Of a DNA stretch of 64,000 nt, positions 54,605 to 63,213 are shown piece by piece. Location of the stretch: IMG/VR virus record IMGVR_UViG_3300035698_022475, positions 32,001-96,000 of that record. The stretch is one strand, 5' to 3'. Source of the stretch: a virus. Made by a program: the position numbers and the translations under genes. Position 1 is the first letter of the stretch, and every line of letters starts with the position of its first letter. The notes under the pieces were generated by a model. It was not told where the DNA came from. It made no database searches and saw only the letters and a list, made by a program, of their open reading frames with translations.

Positions 54605-54777
54605 CCCCAATCGTCCCAGGGTCTCCAGTACCCCCCGATAAGCGCATAACAGCCCGTACCGCAGGCTGGAGCTACGTAGTAGGACCTCCCCCAGTGAGTG
54701 TTGTAATGCGTTATGTCCATGCAGAGAAATTCCCCGCCCATCTTGGAGCGGCGTTGCTTGATGTCCACGTGTATCAA
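54601..54777 (-). CDS. MxH-motif microprotein (TTG start, MIHVD...)
   Basis: TTGA overlap with stop of upstream gene. Confidence 0.6.
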   Translation of the reverse strand: MIHVDIKQRRSKMGGEFLCMDITHYNTHWGRSYYVAPACGTGCYALIGGYWRPWDDWG

Positions 54778-55196
54778 TGCGACCCGTCCTTGACCTTGAG
54801 GATGTCCGCCACGATGCACTCCAGGCTGTCACGCCGTAACTTCTCGTATTCTCGACGAGCCCTGGCGAGAGAGTCTTCGCAGGTCTGGAGATCCCTGTCG
54901 ACGTACTCGTAGCGGCGCATTTCCTTGTCGGCCTGCTCCTGCCAGTCCACCAGCGTGTCCCAACAGACGATCTCCCGGGAATCCTCGACGTACCGGTGTA
55001 TGTCCTCCTGACATTCGGCCCAGGCAAGTTTGAACTCCATGGCTCGTGCGGTCTCTTCCTCTCCGCAGGAGGGCGGCGTAGCCTTTTCTAGTTGGTAGTA
55101 CTGATACGCCAGCCCTCCCCACCCCGCCGTGAGAACCGAGAAGGCAATTATCATGATAGTAAAGCGTCTCTTGTAGTAGCTCATGATCTCAGACAT
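54774..55196 (-). CDS. Membrane-anchored coiled-coil protein with Cys
   Basis: AGGAGG RBS; N-terminal TM helix then heptads. Confidence 0.65.
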   Translation of the reverse strand: MSEIMSYYKRRFTIMIIAFSVLTAGWGGLAYQYYQLEKATPPSCGEEETARAMEFKLAWAECQEDIHRYVEDSREIVCWDTLVDWQEQADKEMRRYEYVDRDLQTCEDSLARARREYEKLRRDSLECIVADILKVKDGSH

Positions 55197-55249
55197 TGGT
55201 CCTCCTGTACTTCTCCCATCTCACTCATCATTATTTATCTCCTTGTGCA

Positions 55250-55453
55250 TCATCCCAACACCTTTAGAAAGTCTGCGAAGGCCTCCTCAGTTATCAGGAT
55301 CTTGTCCACCGGCAAAGGCTGGTTCAAGAAGGACTGTCCTGGACGTATTCCTCCGGTGGGAGGCGCATCATGGAATTCCCGACTGAAGCCGTCTCTACTG
55401 GACACCCAGCGGTATCCACCAACCCACGTTGATTTGCCATTGTAATGTCTCAC
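55250..55453 (-). CDS. MxH-motif microprotein (GTG start, MRHYN...)
   Basis: GTGA overlap. Confidence 0.6.
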   Translation of the reverse strand: MRHYNGKSTWVGGYRWVSSRDGFSREFHDAPPTGGIRPGQSFLNQPLPVDKILITEEAFADFLKVLG

Positions 55454-55662
55454 GCTGACTCTCTTCTGTATGAAAAAGCCACGACACCCTCGCGCGTATC
55501 GAAGCGCCACGCTGTACGCCCGGGGGTTTCCACAGACCAAACATGAGTGCTCCGCTGTTCATTCCGGAGAATGCCTCCCCCTGTATGTGGGCGTCGTGTT
55601 ACGGCATGCGCGTTGAGATGCCATATAGTGGTCATTCCTATTTGCTTTTCGAAGTGTTGCAT
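55450..55662 (-). CDS. MxH-motif microprotein (MQHFE...)
   Basis: GAGGAGG RBS. Confidence 0.65.
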   Translation of the reverse strand: MQHFEKQIGMTTIWHLNAHAVTRRPHTGGGILRNEQRSTHVWSVETPGRTAWRFDTREGVVAFSYRRESA

Positions 55663-55811
55663 ATTTTACTTAATTCCTCCTCTCGAATGTATCGAATGCT
55701 TCTGGGAGCGCGAGTAGGGTAGTGTTCAACCACAATTTCCCAATCAAGGCCCGGAGACTTTGTAAACCATCGATTTCGAGTAACCCCAAGGCCCACATCA
55801 TAATGCCGCAT
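55638..55811 (-). CDS. MxH-motif microprotein (MRHYD..., 57 aa)
   Basis: GGAGG RBS, TGATG coupling; translated by hand. Confidence 0.65.
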   Translation of the reverse strand: MRHYDVGLGVTRNRWFTKSPGLDWEIVVEHYPTRAPRSIRYIREEELSKICNTSKSK

Positions 55812-56023
55812 CAGCCTCCTCCCCTCTCTACGCTCGCTTGGAGGTCTAGTAGAATCTCAGCTAGATCCTGGTCAGAGGACCTCTTGCTGCCAAAAGCGAT
55901 GTCGCTCCAAAAGGAGAACGGCATTTGCCGAGAATAAACCTCGAGGACGAAACAGTTCCCGCCAACAACCGGGTCGAACCACACAACATCTCCTACGTCG
56001 TTGCCGTCATTGAAGTGTCTCAA
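55811..56023 (-). CDS. MxH-motif microprotein (TTG start, MRHFN...)
   Basis: TTGA overlap. Confidence 0.65.
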   Translation of the reverse strand: MRHFNDGNDVGDVVWFDPVVGGNCFVLEVYSRQMPFSFWSDIAFGSKRSSDQDLAEILLDLQASVERGGG

Positions 56024-56232
56024 TGTTCCGGCCTTCCCTGGGCGAAGTAGAAGGGGCCTATTCCGGGACCGCGAGGGTGCTGCTCGTACACGTGCTCAGA
56101 AAAGGCTCCCAGGTAAGTAGAGCCGTCGTACTCGACGTAGGGCTTCCAGCGACGATCCCCTACTACGGGAACACACCAGACGTACACAGGAGGTATGTCG
56201 TAATTAACGATTTTTCGGTCGAAGTGTCGCAC
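56020..56232 (-). CDS. MxH-motif microprotein (GTG start, MRHFD...)
   Basis: AGGAGG RBS, TAGTG coupling. Confidence 0.65.
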   Translation of the reverse strand: MRHFDRKIVNYDIPPVYVWCVPVVGDRRWKPYVEYDGSTYLGAFSEHVYEQHPRGPGIGPFYFAQGRPEH

Positions 56233-56420
56233 TAATATCCTCCTGTGGGCCAAAAGCGGCGGCCCAACCATCGGGGTCGTTGAAGTTTAGGTGAACCATG
56301 TCCTGTACGGTAAATCGACATACCCTGCCCGTTACAGCCTTCATTTACTTGATCCCACCCCCCCGAAGTAGTCTCCATCCAGATTAAGTAATAGTCACCG
56401 TTTCGGTCGAAGTGTCTCAT
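56232..56420 (-). CDS. MxH-motif microprotein (MRHFD...)
   Basis: AGGA RBS; short overlap with upstream ORF. Confidence 0.65.
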   Translation of the reverse strand: MRHFDRNGDYYLIWMETTSGGWDQVNEGCNGQGMSIYRTGHGSPKLQRPRWLGRRFWPTGGY

Positions 56421-56616
56421 CGTATTTCCTGTACTGCTCAATTATCGCTTCGGCCTGAGCCTGTCCGGCCTGCTGTGCGTGCATTAACCCTAGGGTCATA
56501 TCCGCACGGAGGTCTACAACCCTCCCGTAGTGGTCGAAGAACACCTGGTCGAACCCGTCGCACGAATCCAGCCAGCCGGGACTACCCATTATGTTGTTTC
56601 CATCGAAGTGTCTCAT
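56395..56616 (-). CDS. MxH-motif microprotein (MRHFD...)
   Basis: ATGA overlap. Confidence 0.65.
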   Translation of the reverse strand: MRHFDGNNIMGSPGWLDSCDGFDQVFFDHYGRVVDLRADMTLGLMHAQQAGQAQAEAIIEQYRKYDETLRPKR

Positions 56617-57071
56617 CGGGGACGCCGAGTAACGAACTCGATGATCTCTGCCAGCAGCCGGCGCCTTCCTACTGTCGAGGACGTCCAATACGCCTTCCTG
56701 ACAGGCTCCAGCAGCTCGAGGATGTGATTGGTAGCCTTGTCCCTCTTCTCCCGATTATGGTCCTCCATGACGGCCTCGGCATTGATGTCTTTGGCGCGCC
56801 ACTCGGCGAGCTGCTCTGAAGTATCCTCCTGGCCCTGGTATCTCCAGTTACCATAAGCATTACAGCCCCCATCGTCATCACGGGAAACATTACCTTCGTA
56901 GACCCCACCAATCACGTCGTGACTCCGCTTACCCGCGGGACCAAGCGGTGCTGTAAAAGACATAACCTCCCCGCCCGGGTCTACATACTGATGTCCGAAC
57001 ACACACTTACTTCCCGTATTTTGGACCTTGCGCCCGATGAACTTCCATTTTTCTATTTTCTTTTCGGTCAT
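56613..57071 (-). CDS. Hypothetical protein
   Basis: GAGGAG RBS. Confidence 0.65.
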   Translation of the reverse strand: MTEKKIEKWKFIGRKVQNTGSKCVFGHQYVDPGGEVMSFTAPLGPAGKRSHDVIGGVYEGNVSRDDDGGCNAYGNWRYQGQEDTSEQLAEWRAKDINAEAVMEDHNREKRDKATNHILELLEPVRKAYWTSSTVGRRRLLAEIIEFVTRRPR

Positions 57072-57234
57072 TTTCTCGCTCCTCGCAATCGTTGTGGAGG
57101 TATACCCTGTTGTTGATTACCATTAAACGTAACGCAATGGCGCCCATCACTCGTGAGGTACCGCCGCAGTAGTGACACACAACAACGACATCGTCGCGGT
57201 AACATAGCGGACATTAGATTTCTACGTGAATCAT
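57007..57234 (-). pseudogene. MxH-motif Zn-finger ORF interrupted by in-frame TAA at codon 7
   Basis: MIHVEI*CPLCYRDDVVVVCHYCGG... aligns with neighbour MTHFEVICPLC. Confidence 0.55.
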
Positions 57235-57235
57235 G

Positions 57236-57454
57236 TTACTTCAGCGCCAGGCAGTCGCCGTCGATGTTGTAGAGGTCCCAGGCGAACTCACACTCGGAAG
57301 CCGTCCCGCATCCAAGACACGTCATCGCGTAATAAAGCTTCAGGCGGCCCCCCTTCTGGATGCGCGGCTGCACACCGCCCGTACACTCGAAATGACAATC
57401 AGAATCAGTTAGACCTCCCGCACAGAGAGGACAGATCACCTCGAAGTGAGTCAT
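57236..57454 (-). CDS. Cys-rich MxH-motif protein (MTHFEVICPLC...)
   Basis: AAAGGAG RBS; first gene after promoter-like TTTTGGTAGAAG. Confidence 0.65.
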   Translation of the reverse strand: MTHFEVICPLCAGGLTDSDCHFECTGGVQPRIQKGGRLKLYYAMTCLGCGTASECEFAWDLYNIDGDCLALK

Positions 57455-57547
57455 ATAAGCTCCTTTCTGTTTAGTGCTTCTACCAAAATAGGAAGGGGAA
57501 TTAGCCCACTCCCCCAGAACGGGGGAGGGGCTCACGGTTTGAGGTTG

Positions 57548-58417
57548 TTACTTGCCGACCATTGGGATGGCACTACCCTCCCCGGTGACAATGACTTTAT
57601 CGCCTGGACCTACCTTGCTGTACAGCAGCTTGTCGGCCTCGATACGCATACGATCCAGGTAGGCACGGGTGATAGCTTTCCCGACGATGGCGATGTACGC
57701 CGCCTCGGCTTCAGCCTCCGTCGCCCTCACCTGTTTCTCCTTCTCGGCAATCTCCTGCCGGTTCTTGGCCTGCAGCAACTTCATCGCTTGCTTGGCCGTC
57801 TCCTCGTCGATCTCGATTTCCTTTTTGCGCTTTTTCTCCACGGCGAGGGTTATGACTTCCGGGTAGTCAAAGTTCGACGTGTACGCAGCGATCAGCTCCA
57901 TCGGCGTTCCTTTGAGAGCCTTCGCCAATTGTACGTTAATCGACTTCTGGATGGACTCGCGCTCTTGGCGGATACCTGTGGTGTCGTACTTGGACACCGT
58001 GTCACGTGCGATGGAACGTGCCGCGGGTTTTACGTACGTGTTGTAAATGGGAGTGAGCGTCAACAGCTTCCCCCCGCGCTCAGCAGCTACCATATTGGCG
58101 CCCTGCCGATTCAACAGTTCCTTGATGGCGGACCCGTCGGTTCCCCTCAAACGCACCTTAACAATCAAGTCAAACTTGAAGTTCAGGTCATCCTTGCACA
58201 GGATTGACAGCTCCTCCTCAGCGGCGATCTCTTTCGTCTCGATGAGCACCAGCTCATCACGTCCCCAGCAGGAGTGGCGCCCAGGTTGGAGCGCCGACCC
58301 CGTGAGTCCCGCCGGTTGCATCACCATACCTACGTAACCGGGGGGTACCGTTTCGGTACACCCTGCCAACAACATCACCACTAACGCCAGTAGCATAATT
58401 CCATAAAACTTCTTCAC
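57548..58417 (-). CDS. SPFH/Band 7 domain lipoprotein
   Basis: Signal peptide with LAGC lipobox, VPPGYVG, LQPG.H, C-terminal A.A.A coiled coil. Confidence 0.85.
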   Translation of the reverse strand: MKKFYGIMLLALVVMLLAGCTETVPPGYVGMVMQPAGLTGSALQPGRHSCWGRDELVLIETKEIAAEEELSILCKDDLNFKFDLIVKVRLRGTDGSAIKELLNRQGANMVAAERGGKLLTLTPIYNTYVKPAARSIARDTVSKYDTTGIRQERESIQKSINVQLAKALKGTPMELIAAYTSNFDYPEVITLAVEKKRKKEIEIDEETAKQAMKLLQAKNRQEIAEKEKQVRATEAEAEAAYIAIVGKAITRAYLDRMRIEADKLLYSKVGPGDKVIVTGEGSAIPMVGK

Positions 58418-58869
58418 TTGTTACCTCCTTGCATTTTGTTCGCTCGTTCGATTGCCTTCTTGATGTAATCGTCCTCCGTCCCTCCGTCTTGGGCAGCCTT
58501 TCTCCGCACCTCCTTGAGAACGTCAGGTAGTTTCTCTTCTCCGAGTTTCTCTTTCTCCTTGTCGCTGATCTCGTCTGGCGCCTCCTGCACAATCTGCTGG
58601 AAACCATCCGCGGATGGTGGTGGCAAATTGACGGGCTCTCCAGCACCATAAGCGCCGAAGACGAACCAGAGGCTTGTGGCGAAGAGGCCTACCGTGATGA
58701 GAGCGCTCACGAATACCTTGAGGAGTTCCTCACCCTCCGCCAGCTTCTTCCACTTGGAGAAGAGACGCAGAGTAATAAACAAGGCAATAGCGCAAAGAAC
58801 CCAGGCGACAGCGGCACTGATCCAGACCCCTATGTCGGTGCCTGTGTTCGTTACTATGTTGGGGTCCAT
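58414..58869 (-). CDS. Two-TM membrane protein
   Basis: Two hydrophobic helices; coupled to SPFH gene. Confidence 0.65.
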   Translation of the reverse strand: MDPNIVTNTGTDIGVWISAAVAWVLCAIALFITLRLFSKWKKLAEGEELLKVFVSALITVGLFATSLWFVFGAYGAGEPVNLPPPSADGFQQIVQEAPDEISDKEKEKLGEEKLPDVLKEVRRKAAQDGGTEDDYIKKAIERANKMQGGNK

Positions 58870-58870
58870 T

Positions 58871-59992
58871 CTATTCAACCTTTCTGATGTCATTCGCTGT
58901 GGGGCCATCGCTTACGTAAACCGCCGTAGCTCCGACCGCGGTACGAATCCGTTTCAAGAAGTCCTCTTTCGACGCACATACAAGGGCCTTTCCATCCTCG
59001 TACAGACGATAGGGCTCCTCCAGAAGGTCCATACACGTGACGACCATATTAGCACCGTCCACGTAAGGGTCCTTCATTCCTGCGTACCTGAGTAGATCGA
59101 GGTCGAGCAGTCCCCGCCGAAACACTCCTTGCGGACCGTCGTCTCTGTTGTTCTCGTAGGGATTGATACGGATACCCTCGTCCAGAGTATTAGTCATCGG
59201 GCCCGCGCCATGGCGCGTCTGGTAGGTACGAGTAACAAGCCATACCTGCGCAGGAGGTGCTCCGTAGTTGAGCTTGAGAATGTTCTTCGTACCTGTGTTC
59301 GAGGGTGTTACGTGAGGAAAGAACCCATAGTCCTGGTCAAGGAGCAGTCCTTGCGAACCTTCGAAGATGGTGGGCTGCAGTGTGGAAATACAAGTCGGAG
59401 TTCCATCAATCCCGTCCGCCTTCACCGCCTCCTCACAGGACCAGTAAAAATCATCCAAACTGATGGCCTCCTCGGAATACCCATAGACCTTGTGCAACTG
59501 CTCCATCTTAATCTTCAGCGCTGCGGGGTGGAACAGATCTTCGAACCAGATATGATAGTTCTCACGCTCTCGGCGCACTGTGGCGAAAATTCCTCCACCA
59601 CAGCTCCCGTGGCGGTTGTCCACCTCGTCGTGTTTGTTCGTCGCTATCTCATACGGAGTAATGACGGGACTTCGAGCAGCGATGTTAAGTACGGGAGAGA
59701 ACCCTTTGGACACCAGGTCTGCGTACTCGTTGATCAGAGAGATAGGGTTCGTGGCGCAGAACTCAGACCAGTAGGTGGGCGCCCCCCGCAGGGTGCCGCT
59801 CCCGAAGTGCGAAGAGACGTGGTCCCTCCCGTCGGGAAGGACGACGTGATGTGCAGCCTGCGGACCGCCTGAAAAGCGGCAGACGACGGGGGCGGTAGCG
59901 TGTGCGCAGAGCCAGTCTACGACATGCCCCTTACCCTCATCGCCGAACCCCAGTCCGATCACTGCATGGTCGCCAGTGATCCTCTTCATCAC
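58871..59992 (-). CDS. purA: Divergent adenylosuccinate synthetase-like protein (PurA family)
   Basis: GLGFGDEGKG, RFSGGPQAAH, GSCG.GI, FEGSQGLLLD..YG.FPHVT.S.T, TRHGAGP. Confidence 0.8.
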   Translation of the reverse strand: MMKRITGDHAVIGLGFGDEGKGHVVDWLCAHATAPVVCRFSGGPQAAHHVVLPDGRDHVSSHFGSGTLRGAPTYWSEFCATNPISLINEYADLVSKGFSPVLNIAARSPVITPYEIATNKHDEVDNRHGSCGGGIFATVRRERENYHIWFEDLFHPAALKIKMEQLHKVYGYSEEAISLDDFYWSCEEAVKADGIDGTPTCISTLQPTIFEGSQGLLLDQDYGFFPHVTPSNTGTKNILKLNYGAPPAQVWLVTRTYQTRHGAGPMTNTLDEGIRINPYENNRDDGPQGVFRRGLLDLDLLRYAGMKDPYVDGANMVVTCMDLLEEPYRLYEDGKALVCASKEDFLKRIRTAVGATAVYVSDGPTANDIRKVE

Positions 59993-60936
59993 ATCATCTC
60001 GATGTCTTCTTCGTTCACCCCATCGTCGTTCTTATGCACGCCTTTGCCCTCCTTAGGCTTTACGCCGGGCAACGGCCTCTTCCCCTGCACTTCGAGGATC
60101 TTGTCGGCGATGATGCCGGCGACATCGTCATGGTGCTGGGACGCGAGGACGTTGGGGCCCAGGAGGTCGCCCCACTGCTCCAGGCTGTCGGGCTGGCGAC
60201 CGCGGTGCGTCTCCTGGATGTGGATGTGGTAGACCTCGTAGGTCTCCTGGACGCGCTCGAGGAGCTTCTTGGCCGTCTCATCGGACGCCTGGCTCCCCGC
60301 GCCCATGATGCGCTGCAGCGCGTGAGCCGGGAAGTGCGAGAGGGGCGGCTCGTCACCGATGGTGAAGAGGATGCCCTTCTTCTTTCGCTTCTCCCAGCGG
60401 TCATGGGCCGTGTGGTTGGCGCCGAAATACCAGGCGAGCGGGTAGCTTTCTCCCGCGTTTCCACCGCCACCGCCTTCCAACCAGATGGCCTCGAGCCACT
60501 TCTCAAGCAGCTCATCGCTGGACTCAAACTGTCCCACTTGAAGCGGTGCCTGGTCCCCACACTCGTGGTCTCCGATGGCCAGGAACATCACCTGAGGATC
60601 CTCGACCCCGGCCTGGAGGATCTTGTCCATCAGCTTGGGGAATCCCTCAGCCACGAGCTGATGGGGAACCCGACTCATGGAGGCCGTGACATCGAGGGCG
60701 ATGATGATAGGGAGCGAGTTGGGATGCTCCTCGGAGTCCCGGGACTCACGCATCTGGACGCCCACGGAGCGCATCTCATGATGCACCCGACGCTGTAGGA
60801 AGATGTCCGGGGCACTCTTGGGCGTGTAGCTATCGTTCACGAGACCGGTGTCCATCGCAAATCGCTTGTTGAGTTTGCCGCTGGTCACACCCCGGGACAC
60901 GGCGTCGCTGTAGCTGTAGGTACCTCCACCCATCAC
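59989..60936 (-). CDS. vWA (MIDAS) domain protein
   Basis: IIIALDVTASM, AIGD, LQVGQFES, GGGGN.GESY, FTIGDE. Confidence 0.8.
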   Translation of the reverse strand: MMGGGTYSYSDAVSRGVTSGKLNKRFAMDTGLVNDSYTPKSAPDIFLQRRVHHEMRSVGVQMRESRDSEEHPNSLPIIIALDVTASMSRVPHQLVAEGFPKLMDKILQAGVEDPQVMFLAIGDHECGDQAPLQVGQFESSDELLEKWLEAIWLEGGGGGNAGESYPLAWYFGANHTAHDRWEKRKKKGILFTIGDEPPLSHFPAHALQRIMGAGSQASDETAKKLLERVQETYEVYHIHIQETHRGRQPDSLEQWGDLLGPNVLASQHHDDVAGIIADKILEVQGKRPLPGVKPKEGKGVHKNDDGVNEEDIEMM

Positions 60937-61304
60937 TCACCTCCCGTGAAGAGGCGGTCATAGCGCCTGCGTGCGATGTCGAGCTTGATCTGCAAGTTGT
61001 GCATCTCGGTGCCGTACTTGAGGTCCAGCTCAACGAACTTGTCCGCGTCGAAGTCCTTACCCAGCATCAGACTCTGGGCATTCTCCGGCGAGAGGTCGAG
61101 CATGTACTCGCGCTCCCTCTTCATCCGCTTCATGTCACGCTCCATGTCTTCGATGGTGCGCTTGAAGGTCATCTCCGCGTCTTCGGCGATGGCCTCGGCT
61201 CTGTCCCTCCGGATCTTTTTGTTGGTCCGGGTAAGGGAGTCCATGAAGGCACCCGACAACTCGTCGGTGCCCTCCTCCTCTGGTCGTGTCTTCTCTTCAG
61301 TCAT
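60933..61304 (-). CDS. Coiled-coil protein of the vWA-PurA module
   Basis: AAGGAGG RBS; F..SL.R.NK.IR.DRA..I.ED. Confidence 0.65.
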   Translation of the reverse strand: MTEEKTRPEEEGTDELSGAFMDSLTRTNKKIRRDRAEAIAEDAEMTFKRTIEDMERDMKRMKREREYMLDLSPENAQSLMLGKDFDADKFVELDLKYGTEMHNLQIKLDIARRRYDRLFTGGE

Positions 61305-61372
61305 TTCGTTCCTCCTTGTTGTTGTTGAACGTTCAAACTACCGCACACGTGTTGAAACCTTATCCCCTACGT

Positions 61373-61924
61373 CTAGATGACACCGTGGAATACGTACTTC
61401 TTGCAGTTAAGTTCAAACGGCTTTTTTGGAAACCCGCCGTAAAGCTTCGACGCTCTGAGTAGTGTGTCCCACACCTTCGCGGGAATCTTCCCACTGTTGG
61501 AACAACGAAAGCACTCCCGGATACGCTTATACGCAATCCAATACACTTTGTTCTGGCCCGAGGAATAGAACACAAAGACCGTGTCGTTCCCTGCCGCATC
61601 CAACGACCCTCTCCAAACAAGGTCCGGCATGTCGTCGTCGTCGTAGTCCGAACACATCTGGTGCCCAATCACCATCACATTATAGTGTGGAAGGTGCTTG
61701 AGCCCGGAACTACGCCAGACCTCTTTGCCGAGCCTCCTAATTATGACGTCCTTATTCCCTACTCCCCACTCCTTATCAACGGGAATATTCCGGGCATAGT
61801 CATCGTAATTTTGATCGAACTTTTCATCCCTTTCAACTATCCAGTCCCACTCAAACATCCCAAACGCCTGGGCGAGACCAGACCACAAGAACAGAACTAC
61901 CAATGTCGTGATAAATCGTTTCAT
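61373..61924 (-). CDS. Secreted hypothetical protein
   Basis: AAGGAGG RBS; signal peptide MKRF...AQA. Confidence 0.65.
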   Translation of the reverse strand: MKRFITTLVVLFLWSGLAQAFGMFEWDWIVERDEKFDQNYDDYARNIPVDKEWGVGNKDVIIRRLGKEVWRSSGLKHLPHYNVMVIGHQMCSDYDDDDMPDLVWRGSLDAAGNDTVFVFYSSGQNKVYWIAYKRIRECFRCSNSGKIPAKVWDTLLRASKLYGGFPKKPFELNCKKYVFHGVI

Positions 61925-61940
61925 TAGAACACCTCCTTGG

Positions 61941-63213
61941 TTACATACTTGTACCCAAAAAAGAGGAGGGCATTGGAGGGGCTATTTGTCGGGGCTCAGA
62001 AAGTAACACGCCTAGTTTAGTCAATTCGACGGTGAGGATCTTTTCGGTGCGGTCGAAGTCTTTGTAGGAGATGCGGATCAGATGGATGCCGTTGTCTTTG
62101 CAGTATTTGTCTTTGATGGCGTCACGCTCAATAATCTCAGCATATGCCCGCGCTCCTCCCCATGCCGAAATGGGCTCGAAATGTTGACGGCCATCAAACT
62201 CAATACATAAATTAATATCCTGTATATAGAAATCAAATGGTAATACATACTTAAAAGAACATCCCCTGAATCTTTTTTCTCTGGTAAAAACTATGTGCCA
62301 CTTAGACAACAACTCGGATATCTTGTTCTCTCCGAGAGAACGGCCTTTTCCATCACAAGATCGACAACCATACCCCATCAAGAAAGTAGCTGGAATTTTA
62401 GTAATAATCTCTCCGCAGCGATTACACAGGACAGTCACGCTCTTTAAGTTTCCTTCGTACTCCCCTAATAAACTTAAAGAATTATACCCAAACAACTGGT
62501 CTAGTTCATTCTCAAAGACCTCTGGCTTTTTACGTGATTTCTTCCCGTTTTTTATGTATGCACAGTGCCGACACTCGTGTCCCCTAAGAAGTTGATCAAC
62601 TGTGGTAGTAAACACCCCCCCCACACTGCTTACAAGTTAAAGTAACCTTAGACATCCTGTCGGTATATCCGTCAAAATTGTAAGTGTATTTTCCAGGGTA
62701 CTTAGCTTCAAGTTCTCTACCTCGCTCCTGCGGAGTAATAGCTCTAAGACCTCCTTTACGTCTTCCTTCCACGTCTATCATGCGCTTCCACACACTAGCT
62801 TCCTCTTCGCAAAAGGTACATTCACGCCTCTTCTGCAAGGCCGTCGGAGTCATACTACTTATTACACCGCAAGTTAAACACCGAATCTTAATTGGAGTTA
62901 GGTAGTCAATATAACTAGACAGACACTCAAAAGAAGCCCCAGAACTAATAGACAACAACCCCGCAAACTCCATGAATCTCTGGGCACTTCTTACCCGTGC
63001 TTTTTCGCTCACAGCCGCGTCACTACATTTGGGACACACATATTTAGCTTTCAATTGCTCGCGGTATGTTCTAAAGAATTCTCCGTGAACAGAGCATACT
63101 ATCCTCATAGGTACCGTAGCTCCCCTAAATTCATAATCTGGATATGTACATAAGTCGCCCCACTTTGCAAAAAGTCGTTCCAACACGTCTTTAGTTGTTA
63201 TTATTTTTGGCAT
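61941..63213 (-). pseudogene. Homing-type endonuclease (Zn-ribbon repeats + DUF559/Vsr-like PD-(D/E)xK domain), split by frameshift in a G8 tract
   Basis: Repeated C..H/CG.F...L..G..C..C units; C-terminal PFDFYI...IEFDGRQHF...RD..KD.YC; AT-richer than flanks; frames join if G8 at 62615-62622 is G7. Confidence 0.75.

Noticed and set aside
53748-56616. Integron cassettes or DGR target array
   Set aside because: No attC-like palindromes or intergenic space between ORFs, no integrase or reverse transcriptase in the window, and no template/variable repeat pair seen
58871-59992. PurZ / 2-aminoadenine (Z) genome pathway
   Set aside because: The protein keeps the PurA catalytic Asp (GDEGKG) rather than the PurZ Ser (GSTGKG), and no DatZ/MazZ-like neighbours are visible
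57446-60798. Long plus-strand ORFs 57446-58207, 59129-59872 and 60034-60798
   Set aside because: Antisense to SPFH, PurA and vWA genes in GC3-rich sequence; no motifs
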